From Octopus vulgaris (lineage: Eukaryota), in the NCBI GenBank assembly GCA_951406725.2, contig OX597816.1:115940001-116004000 (forward strand): a stretch of DNA of 64,000 bases. The letters are read 5' to 3'. Shown one piece after another: positions 51,456 to 64,000 of this stretch. The first letter of the stretch is position 1. Every line of letters begins with the position of its first letter. The notes beneath the pieces are model-generated. The model ran no database searches. It saw only the letters and a list, made by a program, of their open reading frames with translations, and was not told the DNA's origin. A program made the position numbers and the translations under genes.

Positions 51456-51513
51456 TTGTACAATATTTCGTATACGAAATTATATTAAAAAATCTGGACG
51501 TTATTAACAATCA

Positions 51514-51640
51514 CACTCTTTTTACAGCTGAGTGAACTGGAGCAACGTGAAATAAAGTGTCTTGCTCAAGAACACAACACGCAGCCCGGTCCGCGATTCA
51601 ACCTCACGATCGTAAGCTCGACGCTCTAACCACTGAACCA
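51514..51640 (-). mobile_element. SINE family C, head and central domain
   Basis: Reverse complement is near-identical to 53127-53250. Confidence 0.9.
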
Positions 51641-51686
51641 TATTTGTATTGTATATTTGTATTATGTATTTGTATTATAGATGTGG

Positions 51687-51845
51687 AAGGCGGCGAGCTG
51701 GCAGAATCGTTACCACGCCGGGTAAAATGCTTAGCGGCATTTCTCCCGTCCTCGTGTTCTAATTTCGAAGTCCGCCGAGATCGATTTTGCTTTTCATCCT
51801 CTCGGGCTCGATCAATTAAGTACTAGTGAAACACTGGAGTCGATG
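51687..51845 (+). mobile_element. SINE family B, 3'-truncated
   Basis: AAGGCGGCGAGCTGGCAGAATCGTT head. Confidence 0.88.
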
Positions 51846-51904
51846 TGAGTGTATGTATGTATGGATGTACGTGTGAGTGTATGTATGTACATTAGTGTAT
51901 ATAT

Positions 51905-52273
51905 GTCCTTATCTTAACAATACGTGTTAGATGTGAAATTTCTGTCGCTATCATACAGGTAATGCTATTTTTTCATTACCAATATTCTGCGAGGAAATAC
52001 CACCTAGGTACGAGCGAGAAGAGAGTTGGCGTCAGGAACGGAATCCGGCCGTAGAATGAGCTGTCTCAATAAACTCCGTCCAGCCCAAGCAAGCGCAGAA
52101 AAGTAGACGTTAAAGTGGTGGTGGTGGTGGTGGTGGCGGCGGCGGTGGTGGTGGTGATGATGGTGATGATGATGATGATGACGATGATGACGATGATGAC
52201 GACGATGACGACGATGACTGACAACGATGACGACGACGACGATGATGATGACGATGGCGATGATGATGATGAT
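51905..52273 (+). mobile_element. Old SINE 3' module ending in a (GGT/GAT/GAC)n tail
   Basis: GTTGGCGTCAGGAACGGAATCCGGCCGTAGAA...GAAAAGTAGACGTTAAA followed by a triplet tail. Confidence 0.6.
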
Positions 52274-52719
52274 GTATTATATATCACCTTTATATAATTA
52301 CAAGCGAATTCAAAACTAATCCATTTGTAACTAGACAAACAGTCAATGGGGTAAGTCAAATGTACAGAGTTAGTTTCACGAACATATGAGTCTCTTTAAA
52401 CATCTTCTCCAACATGTAAGTAGGTGTCATAGCATAGTTACAAGGTGTCCGAGATGTGTCATGTAATAGCACACACTCTCATCAAAGGTCGTTCAGTGCA
52501 AAATAATAGTTTCCAACCAGGAATCAACAAAGATTTCTACATTTTTTTAAAAAGTGAAGAATTTATAAAGTGATATTTAAAAAAACAGCATATCCTTTGT
52601 GCGTCTGTGTGTGTGTGTGTGTGTGTGTGTCTGCGCGAGCACGTATGTGTGTGCATGTGTGTCTTCGTAGAGATACAGATATATTTATATGCGCTAGTGT
52701 GTGTGTGTAAATACATATA

Positions 52720-52818
<99 letters not shown>

Positions 52819-53117
52819 GCATATATGTGTGTGTGTGTACATGAGTACCAGCATTTATGTTTGTGTGTGCATGTGTGTGCTTGCGCCCGAAGACATGTAT
52901 GGTGCTAGAATGTGTGCGCCATAAATCGACCAGTAACACCGGGCCATATTAACTCATGTACGTAAATAACATTTAATCCTATCGATGTGTCTAAGACGAA
53001 AGCAAAGTAAAGAGAGAACTAAATGCAACAAAAATCCAAGTGGAAAATCTCTGTACAACTTACAGAAATATGTTGAATATTTTTTTTAATTTAACTGTAC
53101 TGTATGTACTGAAGTGT

Positions 53118-53329
53118 GAAGGTGCATGGCTTAGTGGTTAGAGCGTCGAGCTTACGATCGCGAGGTCGTGAATTCGAATCCCGGACCGGGCTGCGTGTTG
53201 TGTTCTTGAGCAAGACACTTTATTTCACGTTGCTCCAGTTCACTCACCTGCAGAAATGTGTTGCGACGTAACTGGTGCTAAGCTGTATCGGCTTTTGCCT
53301 TTCCCTTGAATAACACTGGTGGCGTGGAG
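53118..53329 (+). mobile_element. SINE family C with a distinct tail
   Basis: TGGCTTAGTGG A-box, ATTCGAATCC B-box, V-like central domain. Confidence 0.92.
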
Positions 53330-53373
53330 CCTCAGCATATACCCATACATATATAAACATATGTGTATGTGTA

Positions 53374-53435
<62 letters not shown>

Positions 53436-53718
53436 CATGCATATAAATGTGTATTCATATATATATATATATATATATATATGAATACACACATACATAC
53501 ATACTTGCATGTATATAAACATGTATGAGTGTGTTTGTATTTATGTCTTTCGCCAGAAGAGAACAATATATGTACTGAGTATAGAATTTTGCTGAAGGAA
53601 TTGGTAGAAAGTTCTTCACACTATTTTCTCTCACCATTTTACTCTCTCGCCCTCTCTCTGTCTTTTCTATCTTTCCTTCTTTCTCCTCTCTCTTTATCTT
53701 TCCCTTTGGTTTTATTTA

Positions 53719-53790
<72 letters not shown>

Positions 53791-54254
53791 TGCGCGCGCG
53801 TTGTGAGAGAGGGAGACATAGACAGCGACAGACAGTGACAGAAAGAGTGGGAGCATATGAAAAAGAAACAGAAAGTGATTTCTTCCTCCCACACCGCTTC
53901 ACTGTACCCTCCCTATAACTTACCCTTCTAACACGCTCTTTACTTTATCATAGCAGCAATCTGTTGTTGAGTATATGAAGGTGGTAAATAAACAGGTTTC
54001 ACTGGTAATTAAAATCTAGCCTTATCTTAATCTCCATCTTAATTGAATTGAATTGGTATGTAGGGCTGGGGAAGGAAGTGTGACCGAAAGAGTAGGAGAG
54101 ACCAGGAGCTAAGGATATCGACTTGAAAAGATTGATTCTATGAACAAGTAAGTTGGTGCGGGAGCGAAACGAAAGAGAAAATGTATAGAGGAATAACTGA
54201 TATTCTTTGGTTCTTGTTATTAAACTGAAATGGCCCTGCTCAGATCTTTTATTA

Positions 54255-54435
54255 GGCTGAGTTCAATTAAATCGACTCTGGTAAATATTGTATTGACTAG
54301 TAGCTCTTATTTTTTCGACTTCGGAAGGTTTGAAACGCTAGACATTGTCGGGCGAGATTTGAACTGAGAACATAGAGACGTAGCCGAATAAAGGAAAAAA
54401 AGTTATTTGATACTCTACCGATTCTGCCATCCAGT
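54255..54435 (-). mobile_element. Old SINE family B remnant
   Basis: ATCGACTCTGG, CTTATTTTTTCGACTTCGGAAGG, GATTTGAACTGAGAAC, ATTCTGCCA in order. Confidence 0.6.
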
Positions 54436-54971
54436 CGCGAAGAGGGGAAAAACGTAAACAAAGCAACGGGGGATTAGCTCTTCGTTTACTTTTCTAGGAA
54501 AGAGCTAAAGATGAAGTAAACGAGGATTGAACACAAGGAGAGTAAGCGAAGGAAAGAGAGTCAGACAGTTAGACTAAGCAGAAAGGGAATGAGCAGGAAA
54601 GGCAAATAACTAGAAAGGACTTGGAAAAGGAAAAACGGGATCGGCGAAAGGATAACAACATTCTTAAACAGCAATTACTTGAGTATATTCTAAGGTTATC
54701 ATCCATGTTCTCGGTTCAAGGACGGATGTTTCATTTAGCATGGTGCCTAAATAGCGTCGAACAGAGCGAGCTGGATGTATCCACTTTCAACCAAACCTTA
54801 TTGCGTGTATTCTACCCTACGTTTGTGAGTATCTGAACGAGTGTAAGGCGACAGAGTAAGCATTTTGTGTGCAATAAAGTTTATCTCATGAAGTGATGTC
54901 GTTCTCATTGTTTATGAATCGTTTGTTTTGTCATTGTTGATGATGCTCTAGTTTATGTGTTTGAGCTTCAA

Positions 54972-55135
54972 AGGCAGGCATGGGTGTGTGATTAAGAATT
55001 TCGCTTCGTAAAGTATAAGACGCTAAGTTCGATGCGACTATGGAGCGTTTCGGGAAAATGTCTTTTATAATAGCGTCTCCAGGGCCGAAGTTCTATAAGT
55101 GAAACTGCGTAGATGGAAACTGTTTGGAAGCTAGT
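54972..55135 (+). mobile_element. Old SINE family A, 5' half
   Basis: AGGCAGGCATGGGTGTGTGATTAAGAA...TGTCTTTTATAATAG...GTAGATGGAAACTG..GAAGC. Confidence 0.65.
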
Positions 55136-58100
55136 CATATGAGCTGTATCTTCAATTCAACGGCTAGCTTTGTCACACATGACATAACTCCTATATTATT
55201 AACTTTACTGATTTTTTATTTTTCCATGTACCGAGAGAAACCAACATGTAGCCACACGAGAAATAAGCATCTAAACTTAATCCAGTTTTCCCGATTAAAA
55301 GCACCCCGCACATACATGAGTGTAGCTGTCTAGTTAAACATATCCCAACGCAGGTATACACTGCCATGAGTTTATCTCATTTGATTTGGGAACATTCAAC
55401 TCGTGCGTGCATCTGTGGACACAGGTATAAATGTGTTTCAATCAAAAGCTCCCTACTTGTATCACAGCATTTGATATCTTGAGCAAGCATTATGTCGACT
55501 AATGCCTTCTAGAAGAAAGTTCGTAGAGGGAAGCTGCGTAAAGGCCCGGCAAATGGATGGCACCAGTACTTCAAAGTGACATGGCACATACTCCGGCATG
55601 TTGGTCCCGCCTGAGAAGTAGCCTAAGGATACACATGTTTGTAGAATATACAAAGCACTACAATGCAGTCAATGACTGTTCAATAAAACGAACCTCTGGA
55701 AAAGTCATCATTGAAAGTTCTGGAGGTCCATTCACATGTGTGTGTGTGCTCGTGTGCTTGTGTATATACATGTCAGTCAGCACATAGACATGTGTATGCG
55801 TGTCCTATAAACATATAAATCTATATGTACGTGTGTACGCATATGTATGTACATTATACGCATGTGTGTGTGCGTGTGAGCGCGCGCATATACCAGATGG
55901 TGAAACAGAGTTGGGTAACAGGTGGAGGGAGAGCGCGAACTACTGATAGAAATGCAATATTCAAAAGTGTGAAAGAAGAGAATTCATAACAAAGACAGAG
56001 TAAATAAAATAATAAACTTTAGTGAAAGCAAATCAAAATCCTCATTGATGTTGTCGTTATTTTGTTTTGTGTTTTTCCTCTGCCTATAATTCATGTATAG
56101 AAATATATTTGCATCTTATAGAGATTTCAGTAGATTTTTTTAAAACTTCTATCTGTAACGTAAGAATATTTGAATACTTATTTAACAAATTAATATTTTA
56201 TATTCCGACCCTCCACATTCGTTCACATACTCACAGATTTGCCACATGAATACAATTAACTATATACATATAACTCATACACACATCCGCGCGTACAGCA
56301 TCGCACACACACACATCAGTATATAAATGTATATATATATATATGTGTGTGTTTGTGTGTGTGTGTAGGAATATATGCATGTGTGTATGCATAAAATGTA
56401 ATTTTAATTTTAAATACAGCCATATATGAATAATATGTATTATATACATATATTATATATTCTTTTTATTATTTATATACTCAGACTTCATAATGAAAAC
56501 TACATACAACTCTTGCACACCAAATGCAGGCAGATGTACATGCGTGCGTTTGCATATATAAATATACAGATATATATACATATATTTATATATACACTCA
56601 CACTGAACGACACACACATCTCTTTGAGTGTGTATGTATCTGTAAGAATATATGTAAATGAATATATATACATATATATATGCATATGTATATGTATGTA
56701 TATGCATATATTGATATACATACATATATGTATTTATATGTATGTAGGTAAGAGTAAGTGTAGATGCTATTCAAGAATTGCAACTGTTATTTCAATGAGA
56801 TATTCACAAACATTTTGTATATATTTAGTTTATTTTAATTTAGTTTTCCTCTTTTCCTATTTTCTTTATTTAAATATGATTTCAATGACAAAATAATACA
56901 TATACACCATATTCTTTTCGATATGTAACAACAAACATAGGTAAAAGACATGTATATATACATACATATATGTATATATATACACATACATGATTACATA
57001 TATATATATATATATATATATATAAACACACACGCATATATATGGTTGTTTGTGCACATGTATATACGTGTGTGTGTACTCACACACATATATATATATG
57101 TGCGATGTTCCTGGTTATCGTTGAATGTGTGTGTGTAATTTTATGCGTGTATGGAGATAGAGTGATCATTAGAAATACAATATCATATTATCTTTTCTTC
57201 CTATATATTAAGCATGAAATTTGAGGCTTGAAGACTTGTCTGTTATTTCTAGCAGGACAAGCGACTAGGCAGAGTTGCTCGCGCTTGTCAAAATTTACTA
57301 ATATTGTAGTCGTACATTTCACTTACCTTAATTTTTCTCTTATTTAATGTACACAAGCTTCAGTTAAAATTTCAGATAGTGAGGAAATTGTAATGAAATG
57401 AGAAGAATGTTTGTGTATGTGTGTATGTTTACATCTGTATGTGTGTACGTGTACATCTGTGTGTGTGAGTGTATGTATAAATAAGATTATGTGTACTATA
57501 TTGACTGTTGAATAAAAAAAAATCTAAATTAATTAGAAATAATGGAGCAAATAATGTAAAACTTAGGGGTTGTGAGCAACTTTCAAAATGAAGGGAGATA
57601 ATTTTAAAACATTACAAACATTTTAGGGAATGTCTGATTATTACATTCAAGCAAGGAACAACTTATAGACATTATAAATTTTACACATAACGTAGCATAA
57701 CTCAAAGCTTAGATTTAAATATTGAAGCCTCACTGTGAATGATTTACGAATGTAAAGATATCCTTTTTTATGTTATTGATGTGCAGAAAAAGTGAGAGGA
57801 AGCTTCCTGGCGTGCCGTTTCACGGTTTATTGACCATTCCTCAGAAAATATACCTGTCTTCCTTCCGCAACCATTATACTGCTATATAAAGCAGTTGTAA
57901 ATTAGCCTAGCGCATGAGTGGATTGCTTTTGAAAACTCTTCATAAATTCAACAATATCTATTTTACACTAGAGTAGTGAACTGTTATCAAATGAAGACTA
58001 TACGATCAGTTGCCAAATATATTTATATCTAGAAAATATGGTTGTATAAATCATTTGACCATTAATGTTTGCTTCATGAAAATATATAATGAAACAATGG

Positions 58101-58445
58101 CACGAATTTCTATAAATGAATTAACAGACGATGTGTAAAAATGTTTTATTTAAGGATCTTCTAAATATAAAGCTGTTCGAGACAGTAGTTGCAGACGTAA
58201 CCCTGCAATGAATGAACTGAATGAACTGAACTACTTAACGAAGTAAATCATACACTAGTTTACATGCATTTACATATAGAAAGATATACATACATATATA
58301 AATACATATAAATAAACATTTATATAAATATGTGTGTGTATAAACATGTGTAAGTATACATACATGCATGCATACATACAAACATACATACATACATACT
58401 TACATACATACGTGCATACCAAAGAGTAAATACAAATGGCGTTTA

Positions 58446-58499
58446 AAATTTCGACAGCTGTTTCTGCAGCATTTCATTTGACGCTATCTTAAGAGATTT
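58446..58499 (-). ncRNA. Hammerhead-like fold with palindromic stem III and GUC site, damaged first core strand
   Basis: Minus: AAATCTC-TTAAGA-TAGCGT(8 nt)ATGCTG-CA-GAAA-CAGCTG-TC-GAAATTT. Confidence 0.55.
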
Positions 58500-58551
58500 A
58501 CATCATAATACACAATCCACATCCTGTTCAATTAAGGCTATCTCAGGATCG

Positions 58552-58937
58552 GGTGGAGGCGCAATGGCCCAGTGGTTAGGGCAGCGGACTCGCGGTCGTA
58601 GGATCGCGGTTTCGATTCCTAGACCGGGCATTGTGAGTGTTTATTGAGCGAAAACACCTAAAGCTTCACAAGGCTCCTGCAGGGGGTGGTGGTGAACCCT
58701 GCTGTACTCTTTCACCACAACTTTCTCTCACTCTTTCTTCCTGTTTCTGTTGTACCTGTATTTCAAAGGGCCAGCCTTGTCACACTGGGTGTCACGCTGA
58801 ATCTCCTCGAGAACTACGTTAAGGGTACACGTGTCTGTGGAATGCTCAGCCACTTGCACGTTAATTCCACGAGCAAGCTGTTCCGTTGATCGTATCAGCT
58901 GGGACCCTCATCGTCGTAACCGACGGAGTGCTCCAAG
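58552..58937 (+). mobile_element. tRNA-derived SINE, family D, full length with 12-bp TSD
   Basis: TGGCCCAGTGG A-box, GTTTCGATTCC B-box; TSD ATCTCAGGATCG (58540-58551) and ATCTCAAGATCG (58938-58949); tail shared with 4987-5287. Confidence 0.93.
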
Positions 58938-59606
58938 ATCTCAAGATCGAGGTGCGGGAAATCATCAATTTGAACAGCCAAAGCATGGTTGGCTCTAAAC
59001 CAGCTGGAAGTTATCTGGAAATCAACGCTGTCCGACAATCTTAAGAGGAATTTTTCCGTGCAACAGTAGAGTCTGTCGTTTTATAAAGGCTTGTATGGCT
59101 TTCGTATCCATACACGCATATATGTATGCGTGCATGTATAACATGTTCGGATTAAGACTCATGACGACACCAAAGACTTAAAAGATTTGGTTGCCTACAT
59201 ATACTCGTTTATATTATTCTAAATATAAACAAAAGTAAACCATAAAATAGATGACAAAAACTAACAATAAGTTGGAAAATAATGTATACGTTTGTACACT
59301 TCTACATTACTTACATTTGAAACGTTTTCTCCTGCATTTTACTTGAAAAATCTCTGATCAGATCCTCACTATGACACCATGAACACTATGAAATTGAATG
59401 TCAATCACATAAACCCCTTCGAAATTTATTTTAGCAAGTTTCAAGTGATTTCACTTGTGCCGTAAACCATTTACAATTGCTGTGGTGTCCCCCTTCCCAT
59501 CCCTTGATTTCCTAAGTACGCTACTTATTTTGCTTAATGGTTATACCAGAGTTGATGTATAATATGCTTGTGTACATGTATATGCATACAAGCAGAATAA
59601 AAGCAC

Positions 59607-59637
<31 letters not shown>

Positions 59638-59787
59638 TGCACACGCGCACACACACGCATTCATACATTGTGAAACACACATATACACACACACACGTTT
59701 AACCCACATAAATATTTCGAAGTTCTTAAGCTATTATTCCTCTGTTTATTTATGTCTTCGGACGAATCGTAACTACTTGTGTCTACT

Positions 59788-59828
<41 letters not shown>

Positions 59829-60418
59829 GTTTGAGTATGGATATGTATTAATGTGGTGCATTTGCGTATATGTGTTTATACTTATGTATATATGTATGAG
59901 TCTGTATGGTTTTGTACATAAATGTGCAGAAGCAAAACAAATAGATGCGGCGTAAGTTGTGGAAGAGAGGTGTTAGCGGAAGGGAGAAGAGTTGGAATAC
60001 AAGTGGAACGGATGAAAAGAAATAGAGATGATGGAAGATCCAAACGGCTGAATGAATGATAAAGAATAATAATTCGCGAACACCAAATATTTGGTCATCA
60101 CATATACAAGAGGAGAAAGAAGAAAGTTACCACTAACACTAAGCAGACATTTGTGAGCAATTCTTGGCAAACGGTGAGAGGCAAGGGTTTGATTGTTTGT
60201 TTATTACCAAGCCAATCTGTGGGGTGTGTTTGCAGTTGTGATACACGCATAGCGAAATGGTGCTAAAGTAAACATTGAGAAGTGTTCCAAATGTCTATTT
60301 GTATCTGTGGTGAGAGGGATGTGGATTTAAGAGGAGATTTCTTCCATGCTTGATATATAGATGTGTGTCTGCTTGTGTGTTTGTGTGTATACACACGCAC
60401 GCACACACATATATATGC

Positions 60419-60456
<38 letters not shown>

Positions 60457-60940
60457 TCGCTCATATGAGTGTATGTGTGTGTTGGATTTGTATATGTGTA
60501 TTCTCCTTGTCTATTCGCCTCTTTGAGGCAACGAATGACGATTATGTAAAGGAAAGAGTGAATGAAAGACGTAGAGAGGAAAAGGAAAAGTGTAAGAGTA
60601 AACTGCAGCGAGCATGAATATCAGACATATTTGTATTTTTGTGGGCATATATGCGTATCAGTGCGTGTGCTTCTGAGTGTGTGTTTTTATGTACACACAC
60701 ACACACAAACATATATATATCACGTGCACATAAGTACACACACGATCTCACAGATATATTTGTCGATATATTGCCTGCCAAGCTACATATGTGACACAAG
60801 GGTTAGTGTTTCATACGACATAACTTATCGGATTGAAACCAAATTTGATGTTACCTTTATGCACAATTATAGAAATCATTCGGATAAAATACTACGAAAA
60901 TTGTCGTTGCTTTCATAAAAAAACTTTCTAAAATTATATA

Positions 60941-61424
60941 TCTAGTATATATAAATCGCAGTATGTGTGTGTATAATGTCTAGCGCTTACAAATTCACAA
61001 TTCTCAACCGATTTTCACCAGACTTTACACACACGTTGCTTATGGTCATGGACTATAACATTTTTGTCCAGAGCTACCTCGTAATTGGACGTAAATAGAC
61101 ATAGTTTTTTTAGTACGTATGGTCTTCCATACTTTTTAATCTTTTTAAAAAAGTGAAAGGATTTCGTTTATTTATTTTGTCTGTCCACCAGCAACGGTGG
61201 ACTAAATTGGCTAGAAATTCCGATTTTCACCAAACTATATACACTATATTCAAAGTATGGTCACGCATTATAACATTTTGCCCAGAGCTGCCGCGTAAAT
61301 GGACATAAATGAACATAGTTTCTCTTGTATGTAGGTTCTTCCATACTTTTTTACTATTTCTATAAAAGTGAAAGGATTTTGTCTATTTCGACTATCCACC
61401 TACGACGTATATTAAATTGACTAG
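60941..61424 (+). mobile_element. Non-autonomous Helitron with a tandemly duplicated 3' portion
   Basis: A|TC start, short TG run, hairpin GTCCACC(AGCAAC)GGTGGAC (61183-61202) 8 nt before CTAG (61211-61214); a second diverged about 205-bp unit ends in CTAG at 61421-61424. Confidence 0.8.
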
Positions 61425-62279
61425 GAACACTGAACGCGATGAATATCAAATACCAAAGAATCTTAATCACCATATTTAAACTGCATTAAACTTTGGTAAG
61501 CTTACTTTTACCTCTTCTCACTTACTTCAAAGGTGATTTCTCTGCCCTCTCTTCTATTTGTTGATACCTTTGTTTACCTACCAATGCGTTGTTTCATTTT
61601 AAAGATGCTTATTTACGCATCCATTATATTTCGACTGTTGTTTCAAATATGTTTTAACGTTGTCGTTCTAGCCTTTTTAAAACAGTCTCATATGATTCGT
61701 CCCAAAGAATCAAACTTTTAAATAAGAGTTTTGGGCGGAGTTATGATGTAAGCACGTGCTAAAACCATTCATAATATTTTTATTTTTATGAATTTTTACA
61801 ATTTTTTTCGATTCTGTCTTCTGCATGATGGAATTATTACGATTGTGAAATTTTGCTTTTATCCTCCCACAACTTTTTTTTTAATTCGTGGTTTTATAAT
61901 ACGGTCAGTCCGAATCTAACATTTGTTTCTCTTCATAATTTTCAAACAACTTTTTAATACCTTCAAGGAGAAAAAGTCAATTAACTGTCATCATACTTTT
62001 TCACATAATCCTGGACTTTATAAGTGAAATGCCAGTGACATGTTGCATGTCCATCAACAATATTCGCAGACAGACAGCCGTACGCTGGTACAACATATAG
62101 TCCAAGTAGACGAAAACCTTCGTTTTGAGGGGGGAATGAAGTTGAAAGAGTGGTAAAGAAATTTTGGGTACTTATGGTCGTCTTAACCGATGGTGCACCA
62201 GTTCTTGTGTGTGTATGTGAGTGTATAAAGATATATTCAAAGCAATAGGTATACACCCACGTATATATATATATATATA

Positions 62280-62695
62280 CTCTTTTACTCTTTTACTTGT
62301 TTCAGTCATTTGACTGCGGCCATGCTGGAGCACCGCCTTTAATCGAGCAACTCGACCCCGGGACTTATTCTTTTGTAAGCCCAGTACTTATTCTATCGGT
62401 CTCTTTTGCCGAACCGCTAAGTGACGGGGACGTAAACACACACCAGCATCGGTTGTCAAGCAATGCTAGGGGGGACAAACACAGACACACAAACACACAC
62501 ACACATACATATATATACATATACATATATACGACAGGCTTCTTTCAGTTTCCGTCTACCAAATCCACTCACAAGGCATTGGTCGGCCCGGGGCTATAGC
62601 AGAAGACACTTGCCCAAGATGCCACGCAGTGGGACTGAACCCGGGACCATGTGGTTGGTTAGCAAGCTACTTACCACACAGCCACTACTGCGTCT
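62280..62695 (-). mobile_element. SINE family A, young full-length copy in (TA)n
   Basis: Complete head to (GTAAAAGA)n tail; TA runs on both sides. Confidence 0.95.
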
Positions 62696-62711
62696 ATATA
62701 TATATATATAT

Positions 62712-62800
<89 letters not shown>

Positions 62801-63369
62801 TATAACAAAGCCTAATGGTGTGAATTTTCTAAAACTCCTTTAGGGACAAACGGTTTTCACAATGAATTCCTATTTAATCGGAATCTACACAATCTGAAGC
62901 ATATTTGTAGAAAATTTCATTAAAGAATATTTGATTTACGAATTGTAGAAAGGTTTCGCCACCCTCTACAACGTCAACACCGATGCAATTTTACACTATT
63001 TATTAAAAAACATTTTCCAGCTATGTTCTATAAGCATTCGACTTTCTCTTTCCGTTTTCCTTTAATGCTTCTCTTTTCTTTTCTCATTCGCTCCTTTATA
63101 TTCCTTGTTTTTCGAGATTCGACTTTCTGTGTGAATATAGTTTATGTTTATTTTGTATATTGAGTTGTGCTTGGTTAATTGTTCTTAGTTGTGAGTTAAT
63201 CTTCTATGATTTTCTTCTATGGTTTTGACAATCGACGTGTCGGTAAGTTATAATGATAATGTTGAAATTTATATTTGTAGATCTTTTGCCGCTTCTATAT
63301 TCAATTATCCTTTGTACTGCGCTCTTCCACGCTTACAATTCCAAATTTTGCATCCGTAATATTCAGGGA

Positions 63370-63620
63370 TTTATCAATTATCTTTGTTGTGTATAGCAGG
63401 TTTATATCTTATTTTTATAAAAGTGAATTCTGAAACTTTGAAGTTCATGTCCGCTTTGCATTTATATAGTGTTTCGATATTTAAAACATCTGCCTCAGTT
63501 TTACATATTAATATAAAATTCGTTGGCAGTAATAAATCGGTGAATTTTCTTCTACACTCTAAATAGTTGGGATGCGGTCCCACTTATATATACAATGCGT
63601 GCTTTCGCTAGAAGGGCTCC
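63370..63620 (-). pseudogene. Possible very old GIY-YIG (Penelope-like) C-terminal relic
   Basis: Weak hints only: ARIVYK and NFILIC...LNIETLY...FIKIRYKPAIHN. Confidence 0.25.
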
Positions 63621-64000
63621 TGGTGGATAATGAAACTCAAAAAATGCACCGATCTTGAGGAATTTACGTGAGAACCACTCATTAACGAATGAGTACTGAT
63701 ATTTTCTCGGCACGAGTAGCGTTTGTAACATTTTGCTGCTAGATGATAGAAAACCGACACACCCCCGTTGACAAATGCTTTCGAGGTTTCTGCTTAAGGT
63801 AGCAGGATGAGTATGGAGTAAGGTGCTTAGGTTGAGAACTAAATGCTTCGCTGGGGATTGTTAGAGTGAAATCAAGAGCAATGTCACTTCCGTGAAATTG
63901 GATGATGCGAGACATTAATGTATAGAAGGAAAGCAAACAGGAACAAAAACTGTGTGCTCGAGCGTACCAGAGTTGATATATGTATGTACATATATTTTTT

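Noticed and set aside
55450-55735. GC-richer block with short ORFs on both strands
   Set aside because: No recognisable protein or element signature.

Overview
AT-rich eukaryotic DNA with very dense microsatellites. It reads as intronic or intergenic sequence of a coleoid cephalopod, most like Octopus (inferred from the SINE families and repeat load, not from a database search). I find no credible host protein-coding exon: nearly all listed ORFs are translations of (TA)n, (CA)n, (ATT)n or CT-rich repeats. The window is a graveyard of mobile elements: a young, 5'-truncated Penelope-like element (RT + GIY-YIG, one 1-bp frameshift, 8518-11029); an older Penelope-like relic of a different clade (38950-40478); a full-length decayed hAT transposon with TIRs and 8-bp TSD (25007-28399); a Tc1/DD34E element (34482-35716); an internally deleted maT/DD37D-type element (46813-47679); RTE and CR1/L2 LINE relics; two non-autonomous Helitrons; and about 25 tRNA-derived SINE copies or fragments from several modular families. 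The most striking unannotated signal is about nine hammerhead-ribozyme-like folds, most with the palindromic (dimerising) stem III typical of Penelope-associated ribozymes. They lie near the ends of several unrelated small elements, often beside (TA)n tracts, and include one inside a tRNA-headed SINE and one A6U core variant in the young Penelope element. Most are degenerate in this copy. There is also an unexplained, gap-free hairpin with 71-bp arms at 3723-3884.
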